A program made the position numbers and the translations under genes. From NCBI GenBank assembly GCA_037446495.1, contig JBBIIL010000010.1, forward strand, positions 1-60,548: a DNA stretch of 60,548 bases, written 5' to 3'. How positions within the stretch are numbered: position 1 is the stretch's first letter; every line of letters begins with the position of its first letter. Below, piece after piece: positions 1 through 9,703 of the stretch. Below the pieces are notes generated by a model. It was not told the DNA's origin, ran no database searches, and worked only from the letters and a program-made list of their open reading frames with translations. The stretch is from Chloroflexota bacterium (GTDB lineage Bacteria; Chloroflexota; Limnocylindria; Limnocylindrales; CSP1-4).

Positions 1-383
1 GGTACGTCGTCGACGCGACGGACGAGACGCTCGGCCGCCTCGCGACGCGGATCGCGCGCGTCCTCGAGGGCAAGAACAAGCCCGGGTACGCGCCGCACAT
101 GGACACGGGCGACCACGTCATCGTGCTCAACGCGGCCAGGATCACCGTCACGAGCGACAAGCTCACGACCAAGGTCTACGCCCGCCACAGCGGCTACCCC
201 GGCGGCTTCAAGGAGGAGACGCTCGGCCACCTCCTCGCCCGTCGGCCGGAGGAGCCCATCCGCCGCGCCGTGAAGGGCATGCTGCCCCACAACCGCCTCG
301 GAGCCCAGATGCTCCGCAAGCTGAAGGTCTACGCCGGTTCTGAGCATCCGCACGAGGCTCAGAAGCCCGAGCCGATGGCCTGA
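1..383 (+). CDS. rplM: 50S ribosomal protein L13 (5'-truncated by window edge)
   Basis: The frame is open from nt 3 with no start in the window. Translation [44 protein letters not shown]...KLKVYAG reads as L13. It sits directly upstream of rpsI, as in the conserved operon. Confidence 0.95.
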   Translation, partial: YVVDATDETLGRLATRIARVLEGKNKPGYAPHMDTGDHVIVLNAARITVTSDKLTTKVYARHSGYPGGFKEETLGHLLARRPEEPIRRAVKGMLPHNRLGAQMLRKLKVYAGSEHPHEAQKPEPMA

Positions 384-396
384 TCGAGGAGCCCTG

Positions 397-795
397 ATGT
401 CGACGCCTGCGTTCTATTGGGGCACCGGCCGCCGCAAGACCGCGGTTGCCCGGGTCCGCCTCATCCCCGGTGACGGGTCCATGGTCATCAACGGCCGCAC
501 GCCTGAGGAGCACTTCGGCGGCGTGCTGTCGGACTCGCAGCTGTTCCTGCCGTTCCGGGTCACCGGGACCGAGGGCCGCTACAACGTCACGATCAAGGTC
601 GAGGGCGGTGGGGTGACCGGCCAGGCCGGCGCGATCCGCCACGGCGTGGCACGTGCCCTGCTCCAGTCCGATCCTGAGGCGTACCGCCTCCCGCTGCGCC
701 AGGCCGGCCTCCTCACCCGCGACCCGCGGATGAAGGAGCGCAAGAAGTACGGCCTCAAGCGAGCCCGCAAGGCCCCGCAGTACACCAAGCGGTAG
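397..795 (+). CDS. rpsI: 30S ribosomal protein S9
   Basis: ORF 397..795. [12 protein letters not shown] near the N-terminus and the C-terminal [17 protein letters not shown] are typical of S9. Confidence 0.97.
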   Translation: MSTPAFYWGTGRRKTAVARVRLIPGDGSMVINGRTPEEHFGGVLSDSQLFLPFRVTGTEGRYNVTIKVEGGGVTGQAGAIRHGVARALLQSDPEAYRLPLRQAGLLTRDPRMKERKKYGLKRARKAPQYTKR

Positions 796-819
796 CCGGT
801 TCCGTCCCGCAGCATCGAA

Positions 820-850
820 GCGCCCGTCCCGGGGCCGGGGCGGGTGCTTT
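820..850 (+). terminator. Putative intrinsic terminator after rpsI
   Basis: GC-rich hairpin: 820-830 pairs with 837-847 (11 bp including 2 G-U pairs) around loop GGGGCC. It is followed by TTT at 848-850. Confidence 0.5.
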
Positions 851-886
851 CGCGTCTCCCCAGTCGTCGAGACGGGTGGAGCCAGG

Positions 887-1327
887 ATGGGACTGATTGC
901 CGACCGCGTCGACCTCGCCCGCCGCGGCCTCAACGACACCGTCGTCCGTCGCCTCCCGTCGGGGTGGGCCGTCCTCGGCGATGTGCAGTTCCTGCCCGGC
1001 TACTGCCTCCTCCTCGCCGATCCTGTCGTGCCCAGCCTCAACGACCTCGACGCCGAGGGCCGTGCGGCATTCCTTCGTGACATGGCCCGCTTGGGCGACG
1101 CGATCCTCCGGGTCACGGGGGCTGCGCGCGTCAACTACGAACTCCTCGGCAACTCCGATCCCGAATTGCACGCACACATCTTCCCGAGGTACGCGACCGA
1201 GCCCGAGGATCTTCGCCGGCTGCCGGCGTGGTTCCACGACTGGGAGAGTGCGACACGGTCTGACGTCGCGAAGCACGCTGGCCTGCGCGATGCGCTCCGC
1301 GCGGCGCTCGCGGCTGATGCCAGGTAG
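887..1327 (+). CDS. HIT-family (histidine triad-like) nucleotide hydrolase/transferase
   Basis: ORF 887..1327. It has a histidine-triad-like ELHAHIFPR and a fold-typical LPGYCLLL segment. The third His of HxHxH is replaced by Phe. Confidence 0.6.
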   Translation: MGLIADRVDLARRGLNDTVVRRLPSGWAVLGDVQFLPGYCLLLADPVVPSLNDLDAEGRAAFLRDMARLGDAILRVTGAARVNYELLGNSDPELHAHIFPRYATEPEDLRRLPAWFHDWESATRSDVAKHAGLRDALRAALAADAR

Positions 1328-1370
1328 TGCCTGGCGGCTCACCGGCGTGAACAGCGCATCACGACCGCAC

Positions 1371-1376
1371 TAGACT
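1371..1376 (+). promoter_or_regulatory. Putative -10 box TAGACT, 6 nt upstream of the DinB-family ATG (leaderless candidate)
   Basis: TAGACT at 1371-1376, then GCCGGC, then ATG at 1383. No Shine-Dalgarno sequence is present. Confidence 0.35.
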
Positions 1377-1382
1377 GCCGGC

Positions 1383-1871
1383 ATGGACCGCGCGTCGATC
1401 GGCGAGGCGCTCGAGTACCTCTACTGGGCGCGCGACCGGATTGCCGTCGCCGCTGCCGCGCTGACGGATGCCGAGTTCTGCTGCGAGGTGCCGAGAGCCA
1501 CGCGAACCCTCCGCGGGACGCTCGCCCACCAAGTCGAGTGCGAATGGGCGTGGCGGATCCGCCTGGGCCAGGGCGCCTTTCCGCATGGCGACGTCCTGCC
1601 CGACGACTTCGCGACGCTCGGGGATCTGCTCGCCCGCTGGCGCCTTGACGAGTCGGCCCTGCTGGCGCTGGTGGACGGGTTGTCCGACGCCGATCTCGAG
1701 GCGAACGTGACCGTCGGGGCGGGCTCCGTCGCGACATGGCGCTGCATCCTGTACGTCGTGAACCACGGGACCCAGCAGTTCACCGAGGCGGCGCTGCTGC
1801 TCACCCAGCTTGGCCACTCGCCCGGCGAGATCGGCTACCTCGCGTTCTGCTCGCGTCCGCCCCGCCGGTGA
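1383..1871 (+). CDS. DinB-family (DinB_2-like) protein
   Basis: ORF 1383..1871. Four-helix-bundle pattern with conserved His positions: LEYLYWARDR, TLAHQVECEWAW, YVVNHGTQQFTEAALLL. Confidence 0.7.
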   Translation: MDRASIGEALEYLYWARDRIAVAAAALTDAEFCCEVPRATRTLRGTLAHQVECEWAWRIRLGQGAFPHGDVLPDDFATLGDLLARWRLDESALLALVDGLSDADLEANVTVGAGSVATWRCILYVVNHGTQQFTEAALLLTQLGHSPGEIGYLAFCSRPPRR

Positions 1872-1911
1872 CGCCGGGCGCTTCGGCACCTCATTCGCGG
1901 CGCGGACGCGG

Positions 1912-1917
1912 TAGGGT
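1912..1917 (+). promoter_or_regulatory. Putative -10 box TAGGGT, 6 nt upstream of the argF ATG (leaderless candidate)
   Basis: TAGGGT at 1912-1917, then GGCGGC, then ATG at 1924. Confidence 0.35.
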
Positions 1918-1923
1918 GGCGGC

Positions 1924-2865
1924 ATGACGAACGCAGCGCTTGCCGGACGGGACCTCATCTCGGCGGCCGACCTCTCGGCCCAGGACCTCGCCCGGCTCTT
2001 CGCCCGCGCGGCGGAGCTCAAGGCCGAGTACCGCGCCCTGCGCCGCCACGCCAACCCGCCGCTCGAGCGCCGCACCCTCGCGATGCTGTTCCAGAAGCCC
2101 AGCCTGCGGACGCGCGTCACGTTCGAGGCGGGCATGACCCAGCTCGGCGGCCACGCGATCTACCTCGAGGAGACGATCGTGCTGGGCGGCCGCGAGACCG
2201 TGAGCGACGTGGCGAGGAACCTCGAGCGCTTCGTGGACGCGATCATGGCCCGCACCGGCCCGCACGAAGTGGTGGTCGAGCTGGCCGCGCGCGCCTCGAT
2301 CCCGGTGATCAACGGCCTCACCATCCGCGAGCACCCGTGCCAGTCGCTGGCGGACCTGTTCACGCTCCACGAGCGGTTCGGCGATCTCCGGGGCCGCGTG
2401 CTGACCTTCGTGGGCGACGGCAACAACGTCTACCACTCGCTCGCGCTCATGGGGGCCACCCTGGGCATGCACGTGCGCCTCGCGCACCCGGTGGGCTATG
2501 GGCCGAGCGGCAGGATCGTCGAGCGGGCACAGGAGCTGGCGGCTGCAGCAGGCGGGTCGGTGACCTTCACGCAGGCCCCGCACGAAGCCGTGGCAGGCGC
2601 GGACGTCGTCTACACCGATGCCTGGACGTCGATGGGCCAGGAGGCGGAGGCGGAGGAGCGGCGGGACGCGTTCTCGCGCTACCAGGTCAATGAGGCGCTG
2701 CTGGCCGCCTCGCCCAACGCCGTGGTGATGCACTGCCTGCCCGCGCATCGTGGCGAGGAGATCACGTCCGACGTGATGGACGGTCCGAGGAGCATCATCT
2801 TCGAGCAGTCCGAGAACCGGCTGCACGCCCAGAAGGCGCTCCTCGTCGAGCTGCTCGCGGGCTGA
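1924..2865 (+). CDS. argF: Ornithine carbamoyltransferase
   Basis: Motifs SLRTRVTFE (carbamoyl-phosphate site), HPCQSLADL and HCLPAHRGEE. Length is 313 aa. Confidence 0.9.
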   Translation: MTNAALAGRDLISAADLSAQDLARLFARAAELKAEYRALRRHANPPLERRTLAMLFQKPSLRTRVTFEAGMTQLGGHAIYLEETIVLGGRETVSDVARNLERFVDAIMARTGPHEVVVELAARASIPVINGLTIREHPCQSLADLFTLHERFGDLRGRVLTFVGDGNNVYHSLALMGATLGMHVRLAHPVGYGPSGRIVERAQELAAAAGGSVTFTQAPHEAVAGADVVYTDAWTSMGQEAEAEERRDAFSRYQVNEALLAASPNAVVMHCLPAHRGEEITSDVMDGPRSIIFEQSENRLHAQKALLVELLAG

Positions 2866-2889
2866 AGCGGCAACGGGCACCCGGGGAGG

Positions 2890-3996
2890 GTGGTGGTGAA
2901 CAGCGAGGCCCTCTACGAGCAGTACAAGGAAGCGCTCAAGCGCGGGCACGTCGCGGTCCTGCGCGGGCACATGGCGGAGGCCCTGTTCGCCTATGCGGAG
3001 GCGGCTCGGATCGCGCCCGAACGCTCCACGCCGCACACCTCCGCCGGCGCGGCGCTGCTTCGCCACAAGCGCCCGGCCGATGCCCTCCGGCACTACGAGG
3101 TGGCCCTGTCCGTCTCCCCCCGGGACGAGGCGGCGCTGCTCGGCCGCGCCCAGGCGCTGGCGGCACTTGACCGGCGCGGCGAGGCGGCCGACGCATTTGA
3201 CAGTCTGGCCGACGTCCAGTCCGGTGTCGGACGGCTCGCCGACGCGGTGGACGCGGCACGGCGCGGTCTTGAGCTGGCCGAGGGCCGTGAGCGCCGGCGA
3301 ACGCTGGCGCGGCTGATCGCCAGACTCCGGGCAACCGAGCCCGGGGAGCCGGGGCGCCTGGCGCTCGAGCGCGCCCTGCAGGTCCTCGACGGGCTGGCGG
3401 TGCCGCATCCCAAGCCCGCCGATGGCATCCCTGTCCCGTCGGACGGTGCCATGCCGGCGACGGCGGCCGAGCCGGTCACGCCGGAGGCCAACATCGGCGT
3501 GCCAGCCGGGGCGGTGCCACCCGTTGGCGACGGCCTCGTCGGACCGGCGGCCGACCAGGTCGAGGCAGCGCCTGAGCAGCTGGCCGAAGCCGCCCCGGCG
3601 CCCGGCGTCCAGGCGGAGAGCGAGTCGGCGCCCGCCCCCGCCGTGCCCGAGCCCCGCCAGGTCCCCGCCGGCGCCACGGCTGCCGGGCTCGCCGCGCGTG
3701 CCGAGGCTGCGGTGGGCGCCGGCGTGCCCGAGCCCGCCGTGGAGGCTCTCCTCGACCTCGCCGCGCTCCATTCCCGCGACGGCCGCATCGAGGCCGCCCT
3801 CGAGGCGTGCTACTCCGCGGTCTCATTCGATCCCGACAGCGTGGCGCTCCACCTGATGCTCGTGGAGCTGTACTCGGAGCGCGGCTGGGACGGGCTTGCG
3901 GCCGCGAAGCTCGACCTTCTGGAGCGCCTGGCCCACCTCGATGGGGACGACCGGGCGGTCGCCGACATCGCGGGCGTGCGAGCCGCGCGCACCTAG
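2890..3996 (+). CDS. TPR-repeat protein with Ala/Pro-rich central linker
   Basis: ORF 2890..3996. TPR-like helical repeats lie at both ends (ALFAYAEAARIAP, ALRHYEVALSVSPRDEAALLGRAQAL, ALEACYSAVSFDPDS) around a low-complexity core. GGGAGG lies upstream of the start. Confidence 0.55.
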   Translation: MVVNSEALYEQYKEALKRGHVAVLRGHMAEALFAYAEAARIAPERSTPHTSAGAALLRHKRPADALRHYEVALSVSPRDEAALLGRAQALAALDRRGEAADAFDSLADVQSGVGRLADAVDAARRGLELAEGRERRRTLARLIARLRATEPGEPGRLALERALQVLDGLAVPHPKPADGIPVPSDGAMPATAAEPVTPEANIGVPAGAVPPVGDGLVGPAADQVEAAPEQLAEAAPAPGVQAESESAPAPAVPEPRQVPAGATAAGLAARAEAAVGAGVPEPAVEALLDLAALHSRDGRIEAALEACYSAVSFDPDSVALHLMLVELYSERGWDGLAAAKLDLLERLAHLDGDDRAVADIAGVRAART

Positions 3997-4025
3997 CGGT
4001 CGCCAAGATCGCCCGGGGGTCGGTG

Positions 4026-4031
4026 TAGACT
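4026..4031 (+). promoter_or_regulatory. Putative -10 box TAGACT, 9 nt upstream of the cdaA ATG
   Basis: TAGACT at 4026-4031; ATG at 4041. Confidence 0.3.
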
Positions 4032-4040
4032 CGCCGGAAG

Positions 4041-5132
4041 ATGCTCGCGTTCCTCGAATCGCTGGTCCGGCAGGTGACGCCCAATGCACTGCTGGACATC
4101 GGCATCACCGCCCTGTTCATCTACTGGTTGTTCAGCTTGATCAGGGGCACGCGCGCGGTGACGCTGGTGATCGGCGTGTCCGTGCTGCTCGGCATCTACG
4201 CCCTGGCCCAGTTCCTCGGCCTGCGGCTGTTCACCCAGCTCCTTCAGGCGGGCGCGTTCGTGGGCGTGTTCGCTCTCGTGGTCATCTTCCAGCCCGAGCT
4301 CCGGCGCGCACTCGAGCGGATCGGTCGGGTGGGGACGTTTGGCTGGCTGGTGCCCGCTTCCTCGCACCGCCGCATTGAGGGCATCTCGGGGGCGATCGCG
4401 AAGGCGTCAGCCGCGCTCTCGGCCAGCGGCCACGGTGCGCTGATCGTGATCGAGCGCGAGACCGGGCTCGAGGACACCGCTGAGACGGGCGTCATGCTCC
4501 ATGCTGACCTGACCGCCGAGCTGCTGCTCACGATCTTCATGCCCCGCACGGCACTCCATGACGGGGCGGTCATCATCCGCGGCGAGACGGTCCTCGCGGC
4601 CGGCGCCCTGCTCCCCCTGACGGAGATGCGCCTTTCCGAGCGCTTCGGAACGCGCCACCGCGCCGCGCTCGGCATCACCGAGGACACGGACGCCGTTGCC
4701 GTGGTGGTGTCGGAGGAGAGCGGCCACATGAGCGTGGTGGAGCGGGCGCGCATCGTCCGCGTGCCCACGGAAGCGCAGCTGGAGCGCGCGCTGGCCGGTC
4801 TGCTCGAGACCCATGAGGTTGGGTCCGGGTTCAGTCTGGGTCGCCGGGGCGGGCTGGGGGCGCCGCGCCGGCCGGGCACCCGCCTGCGCATCGCCAGGCG
4901 AACCGCCGCTCGTCCAGAGACACCGCTCGCGGAGCCCCTCAGCGGTGAGGCCGATCGGGTGGTCGAGGAGGGCGGACTCGAGCCGATCTCTGCTCGCACG
5001 CCCGATGGGAGCGCCCAGGCGTTCTCGCGTGCCGACCGTGACACTCCCGGGTCGATGACGGCCGGCGCCGAGCCGGACGACGTCGCCAGCGCCGCCGACG
5101 CACATCTGCCGGCCGCGGGAGATGCTGCGTGA
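4041..5132 (+). CDS. cdaA: Diadenylate cyclase CdaA (membrane-anchored DAC domain) with long C-terminal tail
   Basis: Three N-terminal hydrophobic helices are followed by DAC motifs ALIVIERE, LHDGAVIIRG and RHRAALGITEDTDAVAVVVSEESG. A low-complexity tail of about 90 aa follows. The stop overlaps the cdaR start. Confidence 0.9.
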   Translation: MLAFLESLVRQVTPNALLDIGITALFIYWLFSLIRGTRAVTLVIGVSVLLGIYALAQFLGLRLFTQLLQAGAFVGVFALVVIFQPELRRALERIGRVGTFGWLVPASSHRRIEGISGAIAKASAALSASGHGALIVIERETGLEDTAETGVMLHADLTAELLLTIFMPRTALHDGAVIIRGETVLAAGALLPLTEMRLSERFGTRHRAALGITEDTDAVAVVVSEESGHMSVVERARIVRVPTEAQLERALAGLLETHEVGSGFSLGRRGGLGAPRRPGTRLRIARRTAARPETPLAEPLSGEADRVVEEGGLEPISARTPDGSAQAFSRADRDTPGSMTAGAEPDDVASAADAHLPAAGDAA

Positions 5133-6424
5133 GCGCTCGCCGACTCGCGCGAATGGTGATGGGCGCGATCGTCCACAACTGGCCGCTCAAGGTGGCGGCC
5201 CTCGCCCTGGCCGCGCTGCTCTACGTGGGCCTTGTCGCGACGCAGGACAGCAGCGTGTATCCCGGCCCGATCACGGTCACCTACGTCCACCTGCCGCCCG
5301 ACTCCGTCGTGACGAACCAGCTCAAGGACGTGGAGCAGATCAGGTACCTGGCGCCGGCCGACGTCGGTCACCTGACCGGGAGCAACTTCCAGGCCACCGT
5401 GGACCTGGCCAACGTCCAGCCCACCGGCACCCCGGTCAGCCTGCCGGTGGACGTCCAGGCCGATGACCCGCGGGTCACGATCATCGACGTCAAACCGCGG
5501 ACGGTCACCGTCATCCTCGACAAGTCGGCCGCGGCCGATGTGCCAGTCACGGTCGTCAAGAGCGAGTCTGGGCCCGGGGTCACCGTTGGCGAGACCGTCT
5601 TCACGCCCCAGCAGGCCAGGGTGCTCGGCCCCGCCGCCGCGGTTGGCCGGGTCGTCGCCGTGCGGGTCACGGTCACCCTCGATCCGAGTGGCCTCAACTA
5701 CGATCAGGAGGTGGAGGGCGTCCCAGTCGACATCGCGGGCGCGCCCGTGACCGGCGTGACGGTGGTGCCGGCGACATTCCACGTCCAGATCCCCCAGATC
5801 ACCAACGGCCAGACGCGGTCGCTGCCGGTGAACCCGGTGCTCAGCGGCGATCCCGCCCCCGGGTTCCGAGTGTCGGGGATCGCCGTCTCGCCCGCCACGG
5901 TCCTCGTCCAGGGGGACGCCACGCAGCTGGTCAAGATGATCGAGGTGGACACGGCGCCCGTCGGGGTGTTCGGGGCGACCAGGGATGTCTCCTCGGTGGT
6001 CGCCCTGTCTCTGCCCACGGGCGTGGCGGTGGCGGGCGGGGGAACGGTCACCGTGACGGTCCACGTCGCCGCCCTCACTGACACGCGTACGCTGGCAGCT
6101 GGGTTCCGGCTCGACGGACAGCAGCCGGGCATGGCCTACACGCTCAATGTCGACTCGGCGCTGCTCACCCTGTACGGCTCCACGGCCGACCTTGACCGCC
6201 TCGCATCGGTCCCGCTGGTGGTCGGCCTCGACGTCGCCGGCATGGGCCCGGGCAAGCACCAGGTCACCGTGGTCCCGTCGCTGCCCTCGGGCGTGACCCT
6301 GGTTGCGGTCGACCCGACGACGGTCACCGTGGACATCGGCGCGCCGTCGCCGGCCCCGTCGGATGTCCTGCCGTCGCCAGTCCCGCTGTCGCCCGGCCTG
6401 TCTCCCGCCCCGTCGCCCAGCTGA
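5129..6424 (+). CDS. cdaR: CdaA regulatory protein CdaR (YbbR-repeat protein)
   Basis: GTG at 5129 overlaps the cdaA stop (GTGA). It has an N-terminal TM helix (NWPLKVAALALAALLYVGL) and repeated YbbR-like beta-rich modules, and sits between cdaA and glmM. Confidence 0.8.
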   Translation: MSARRLARMVMGAIVHNWPLKVAALALAALLYVGLVATQDSSVYPGPITVTYVHLPPDSVVTNQLKDVEQIRYLAPADVGHLTGSNFQATVDLANVQPTGTPVSLPVDVQADDPRVTIIDVKPRTVTVILDKSAAADVPVTVVKSESGPGVTVGETVFTPQQARVLGPAAAVGRVVAVRVTVTLDPSGLNYDQEVEGVPVDIAGAPVTGVTVVPATFHVQIPQITNGQTRSLPVNPVLSGDPAPGFRVSGIAVSPATVLVQGDATQLVKMIEVDTAPVGVFGATRDVSSVVALSLPTGVAVAGGGTVTVTVHVAALTDTRTLAAGFRLDGQQPGMAYTLNVDSALLTLYGSTADLDRLASVPLVVGLDVAGMGPGKHQVTVVPSLPSGVTLVAVDPTTVTVDIGAPSPAPSDVLPSPVPLSPGLSPAPSPS

Positions 6425-6485
6425 GCCGGCCTTCGCGCCAGCACGGCCGGGCACCTCATCCAGAACCCACCGCACGAGGAGCCCC

Positions 6486-7820
6486 ATGACCCGCCTGTTC
6501 GGCACCGACGGCATCCGCGGCGCCGCCAACGTCGACCTGCGCCCGTCGCTCGCCACGTCGCTCGGCCGCGCCACGGCGTATCGCGTGGTCGGGGTCGGCG
6601 GCTCGCTCGTGGTCGGTCAGGACACCCGCCGCTCGGGCGACATGTTCGTCGCAGCGATCACCGCCGGTGCCACGAGCATGGGGGTGGACGTCCACTCGGT
6701 GGGCGTGGTGCCGACCCCGGCCCTCGCATTCCTCGCCGGGGACGGGGAGTTCGCCGCGGGGATCATGGTCTCCGCGTCGCACAATCCGGCAGAGGACAAC
6801 GGCCTCAAGGTCCTCGACCCGAACGGGCTCAAGCTCGACGACGACCTCGAGGACGAGCTCGAGGCGCTGACCCTCCGCGCCGACGAGCTGCCTGGCGTCC
6901 TGCCGGGCCTCCTGGGACGGTCGGTGGACGCATCGCCGCTCCTGGGGCAGTACATCGCGCACCGCACGGCCCTGGCCGCGGCCGTCCACGCGACCGGCCT
7001 CCATGTGATCCTCGACACCGCCAACGGTGCCGCCCACCGGGTCGGCCCGGCGATCCTGCGCGCCACCGGCGCCCGCGTGACCGTGATCCACGACGAGCCA
7101 GACGGCGACAACATCAACCGCGGCTGCGGCGCCACTGCGCCCGAATCGTTGATGGAGGCCGTTCTCGAGCATGGCGCCGACGTGGGCTTCGCGCTCGACG
7201 GTGACGCCGATCGCTGCGTGGCCGTGGACCGCACAGGCCGCCTCGTGGACGGCGACCAGGTGCTCGGCATCCTCGCCCTCGAGCGGCTGGCGCGCGGCGC
7301 CCTCGACAAGCGCAGCCTCGTGGTGTCGGTCCTCTCGAACGGTGGCCTCCAGGGTGCCATCGAGGCGGCGGGCGGTCGGCTCGTGCGCACGCCCGTGGGC
7401 GACAAGCACATCCTCGCCGCGATGCTGGTCTCGGGTGCAGGCCTGGGTGGCGAGAAGAGCGGCCATGTGATCGTCCGCGAGCACACCAACTCGGGCGACG
7501 GCATCGTGACCGCCACCGAGCTCCTGCGGGTCATGACCACGGCCGCAGCCGGAATCGACGAGCTCGCCACGCAGATCCCACTCCTGCCCCAGCAGCAGCG
7601 CGCCATCCGCGTGCGCCACCGCGACCAGTGGGACGCCGACGAGGTGCTGGGCAGGGCCATCGCCGACGCTGAGGCGCGCCTACGGCCCCACGGCCGCATC
7701 CTCGTGCGCCCCTCGGGAACCGAGCCCGTCCTGCGGGTGATGGTGGAGGGCGACGACGCGGCGCTGGTCGCCGAGGTGGCCGACACGATCGCGGCCCTCG
7801 CGGGGGAGCGTCTACACTAG
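6486..7820 (+). CDS. glmM: Phosphoglucosamine mutase
   Basis: Internal ATG at 6486 of ORF 6303..7820 gives MTRLFGTDGIRG. Active-site SASHNPAEDNG and Mg-site ALDGDADR are present. Confidence 0.93.
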   Translation: MTRLFGTDGIRGAANVDLRPSLATSLGRATAYRVVGVGGSLVVGQDTRRSGDMFVAAITAGATSMGVDVHSVGVVPTPALAFLAGDGEFAAGIMVSASHNPAEDNGLKVLDPNGLKLDDDLEDELEALTLRADELPGVLPGLLGRSVDASPLLGQYIAHRTALAAAVHATGLHVILDTANGAAHRVGPAILRATGARVTVIHDEPDGDNINRGCGATAPESLMEAVLEHGADVGFALDGDADRCVAVDRTGRLVDGDQVLGILALERLARGALDKRSLVVSVLSNGGLQGAIEAAGGRLVRTPVGDKHILAAMLVSGAGLGGEKSGHVIVREHTNSGDGIVTATELLRVMTTAAAGIDELATQIPLLPQQQRAIRVRHRDQWDADEVLGRAIADAEARLRPHGRILVRPSGTEPVLRVMVEGDDAALVAEVADTIAALAGERLH

Positions 7821-7869
7821 CGCCGCCGCGGCACGCTGCGGCTGCCCCCGAGAGGAGACCCGGCGCGGA

Positions 7870-9699
7870 ATGTGCGGAATCGTCGGCTACACCGGTCCCC
7901 GCGAGGCTGGCCCCATCCTGATCGAGGGGCTTCGGCGCCTCGAGTACCGCGGCTACGACTCCGCGGGCATCGCGCTCGTGGACGAGGCCGGCGACATGTT
8001 CGTCGAGAAGAAGGCCGGCAAGCTCGCGAACCTGCAGACGGCCATCGCGGACCGGACACCCCACGCAGCCATCGGCCTCGCGCACACGAGATGGGCCACG
8101 CACGGGCGGCCGAACGACCTCAATGCCCACCCGCATCAGGACTGCACCGGCGCGATCACCGTCATCCACAACGGGATCATCGAGAACTTCCGCGAGCTGC
8201 GCGACGGGCTCGAGGCGCGCGGCCACAGGCTGACGTCCGAGACCGACACCGAGGCGATTGCCCACCTCGTCGAGGAGTGCTACCAGGGCGACCTGGCCGA
8301 GGCCGTCCGCGACGCGCTCCGCCAGTGCGAGGGCGCCTACGCGGTCGCGGTCATGCATCGCGGCGAGAGGGACCGGCTGGTCGGCGCCCGCGAGAACGTG
8401 CCGCTGGTGGTGGGGCTTGGCGACGGAGAGGCATTCCTGGCCAGCGACGTCGCGGCGATCCTCGCCCACACCCGGCGCGTCATCTTCCTCGAGGAGGGCG
8501 ACGTGGTGGACCTGCGCCCGTGGGGTGCGACCATCACCGGTGTGGACGGAGTCGCCCGCGAGCGGGTCGAGACCCTTGTGGACTGGACGCCAGAGGCCGC
8601 CGAGAAGGGCGGCTACGAGCACTTCATGCTCAAGGAGATCCACGAGCAGCCCGATGCCCTGCGCCAGTCGCTGGCGGGCCGTGTGGGCCACACCGGCCGG
8701 GTCCACGCACCCGAGGTCGCGGGCCTGACCGATGCCTTTCGGCGCGTGACCCGCGTGGAGGTGGTCGCCTGCGGCACCGCGTCGCACGCAGGTCTGGTGG
8801 GTGCTGCCGCGATCCAGGACTGGACCGGGCTTCCGGCTCGCGTGACAGTGGGTTCCGAGTTCCGCTACGCGCCGCCGCCACTCGACGAGGACGTGCTCGT
8901 CATCGCGGTCACGCAGTCCGGCGAGACGGCGGACACGATCGCCCCGGTCCGCTGGGCGAAGGAGCAAGGCTGCCCGATCGTGGCGGTGACCAACACCATG
9001 GGCTCCGCGATCACGCGCGAGGCCAATGCCGTGATGTTCCTCCAGGCCGGCCCCGAGATCGCGGTCGCGGCCTCCAAGACCTTCGTCACCCAGGTCACCA
9101 CGCTCATCGTGCTCGCGGCAGCAATCGCCAAGGCGCGGGGATCGCTCGGGCTCGAGCAGGAGCTGGAGCTGGGCCAGGCCCTTCGAGCGCTGCCCGAGGC
9201 GGCGGCGCGGACCCTGGAGCTGGCCTCCGGCGTGCCCGACCTCGCGAGGCGCTACCTCGGCGCCCGCGGCTTCATGTTCATCGGCCGCGGCTACACGCTG
9301 CCGGGCGCGCTCGAGGGCGCGCTCAAGCTCAAGGAGGTCAGCTACATCCACGCAGAGGGGTATGCCGCCGGCGAGCTCAAGCACGGGCCGATCTCGCTGC
9401 TCGACGCCGAGTGCCCGCTCGTGGCGGTTGCCACCAAGTCGCGCGTGTACGACAAGCTGATCAGCAACGTGATGGAGGGCCGCGCCCGCGACGCGAAGGT
9501 GATCGCGGTGGCCACCGAGGGCGACGAGGGAATCAGCCGGGTCGCCGACGACGTGGTCTGGGTTCCCGAGACGCACGAGGCCCTGAGCCCGGTGCTCGCG
9601 GTGATCCCGCTCCAGCTGTTCGCGTACTACACCGCTGTCGCCCGCGGCACCGACGTGGACCAGCCGCGCAACCTCGCCAAGTCGGTCACGGTGGAGTAG
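7870..9699 (+). CDS. glmS: Glutamine--fructose-6-phosphate aminotransferase
   Basis: N-terminal nucleophile MCGIVGY, two SIS domains, C-terminal LAKSVTVE. Length is 609 aa. Confidence 0.97.
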   Translation: MCGIVGYTGPREAGPILIEGLRRLEYRGYDSAGIALVDEAGDMFVEKKAGKLANLQTAIADRTPHAAIGLAHTRWATHGRPNDLNAHPHQDCTGAITVIHNGIIENFRELRDGLEARGHRLTSETDTEAIAHLVEECYQGDLAEAVRDALRQCEGAYAVAVMHRGERDRLVGARENVPLVVGLGDGEAFLASDVAAILAHTRRVIFLEEGDVVDLRPWGATITGVDGVARERVETLVDWTPEAAEKGGYEHFMLKEIHEQPDALRQSLAGRVGHTGRVHAPEVAGLTDAFRRVTRVEVVACGTASHAGLVGAAAIQDWTGLPARVTVGSEFRYAPPPLDEDVLVIAVTQSGETADTIAPVRWAKEQGCPIVAVTNTMGSAITREANAVMFLQAGPEIAVAASKTFVTQVTTLIVLAAAIAKARGSLGLEQELELGQALRALPEAAARTLELASGVPDLARRYLGARGFMFIGRGYTLPGALEGALKLKEVSYIHAEGYAAGELKHGPISLLDAECPLVAVATKSRVYDKLISNVMEGRARDAKVIAVATEGDEGISRVADDVVWVPETHEALSPVLAVIPLQLFAYYTAVARGTDVDQPRNLAKSVTVE

Positions 9700-9703
9700 G
9701 CCG

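Noticed and set aside
3997-4040. c-di-AMP (ydaO-type) riboswitch near cdaA.
   Set aside because: The spacer is only 44 nt and is occupied by a -10 box close to the start codon.
4244-6574. 776-aa minus-strand ORF antisense to cdaA/cdaR/glmM. Similar giants lie at 7531..9972, 1891..3771, 23975..25690 and 25456..26946 on the minus strand, and at 33816..36275 and 38748..40349 on the plus strand.
   Set aside because: Each lies opposite a confidently recognised gene. They are Arg/Pro/Gly/Asp-rich with no family motifs. Stop-codon scarcity at this GC level explains them.
7821-7869. Possible glmS ribozyme upstream of glmS.
   Set aside because: Only 49 nt separate glmM and glmS, far too short for the ribozyme. 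No matching core sequence was seen.
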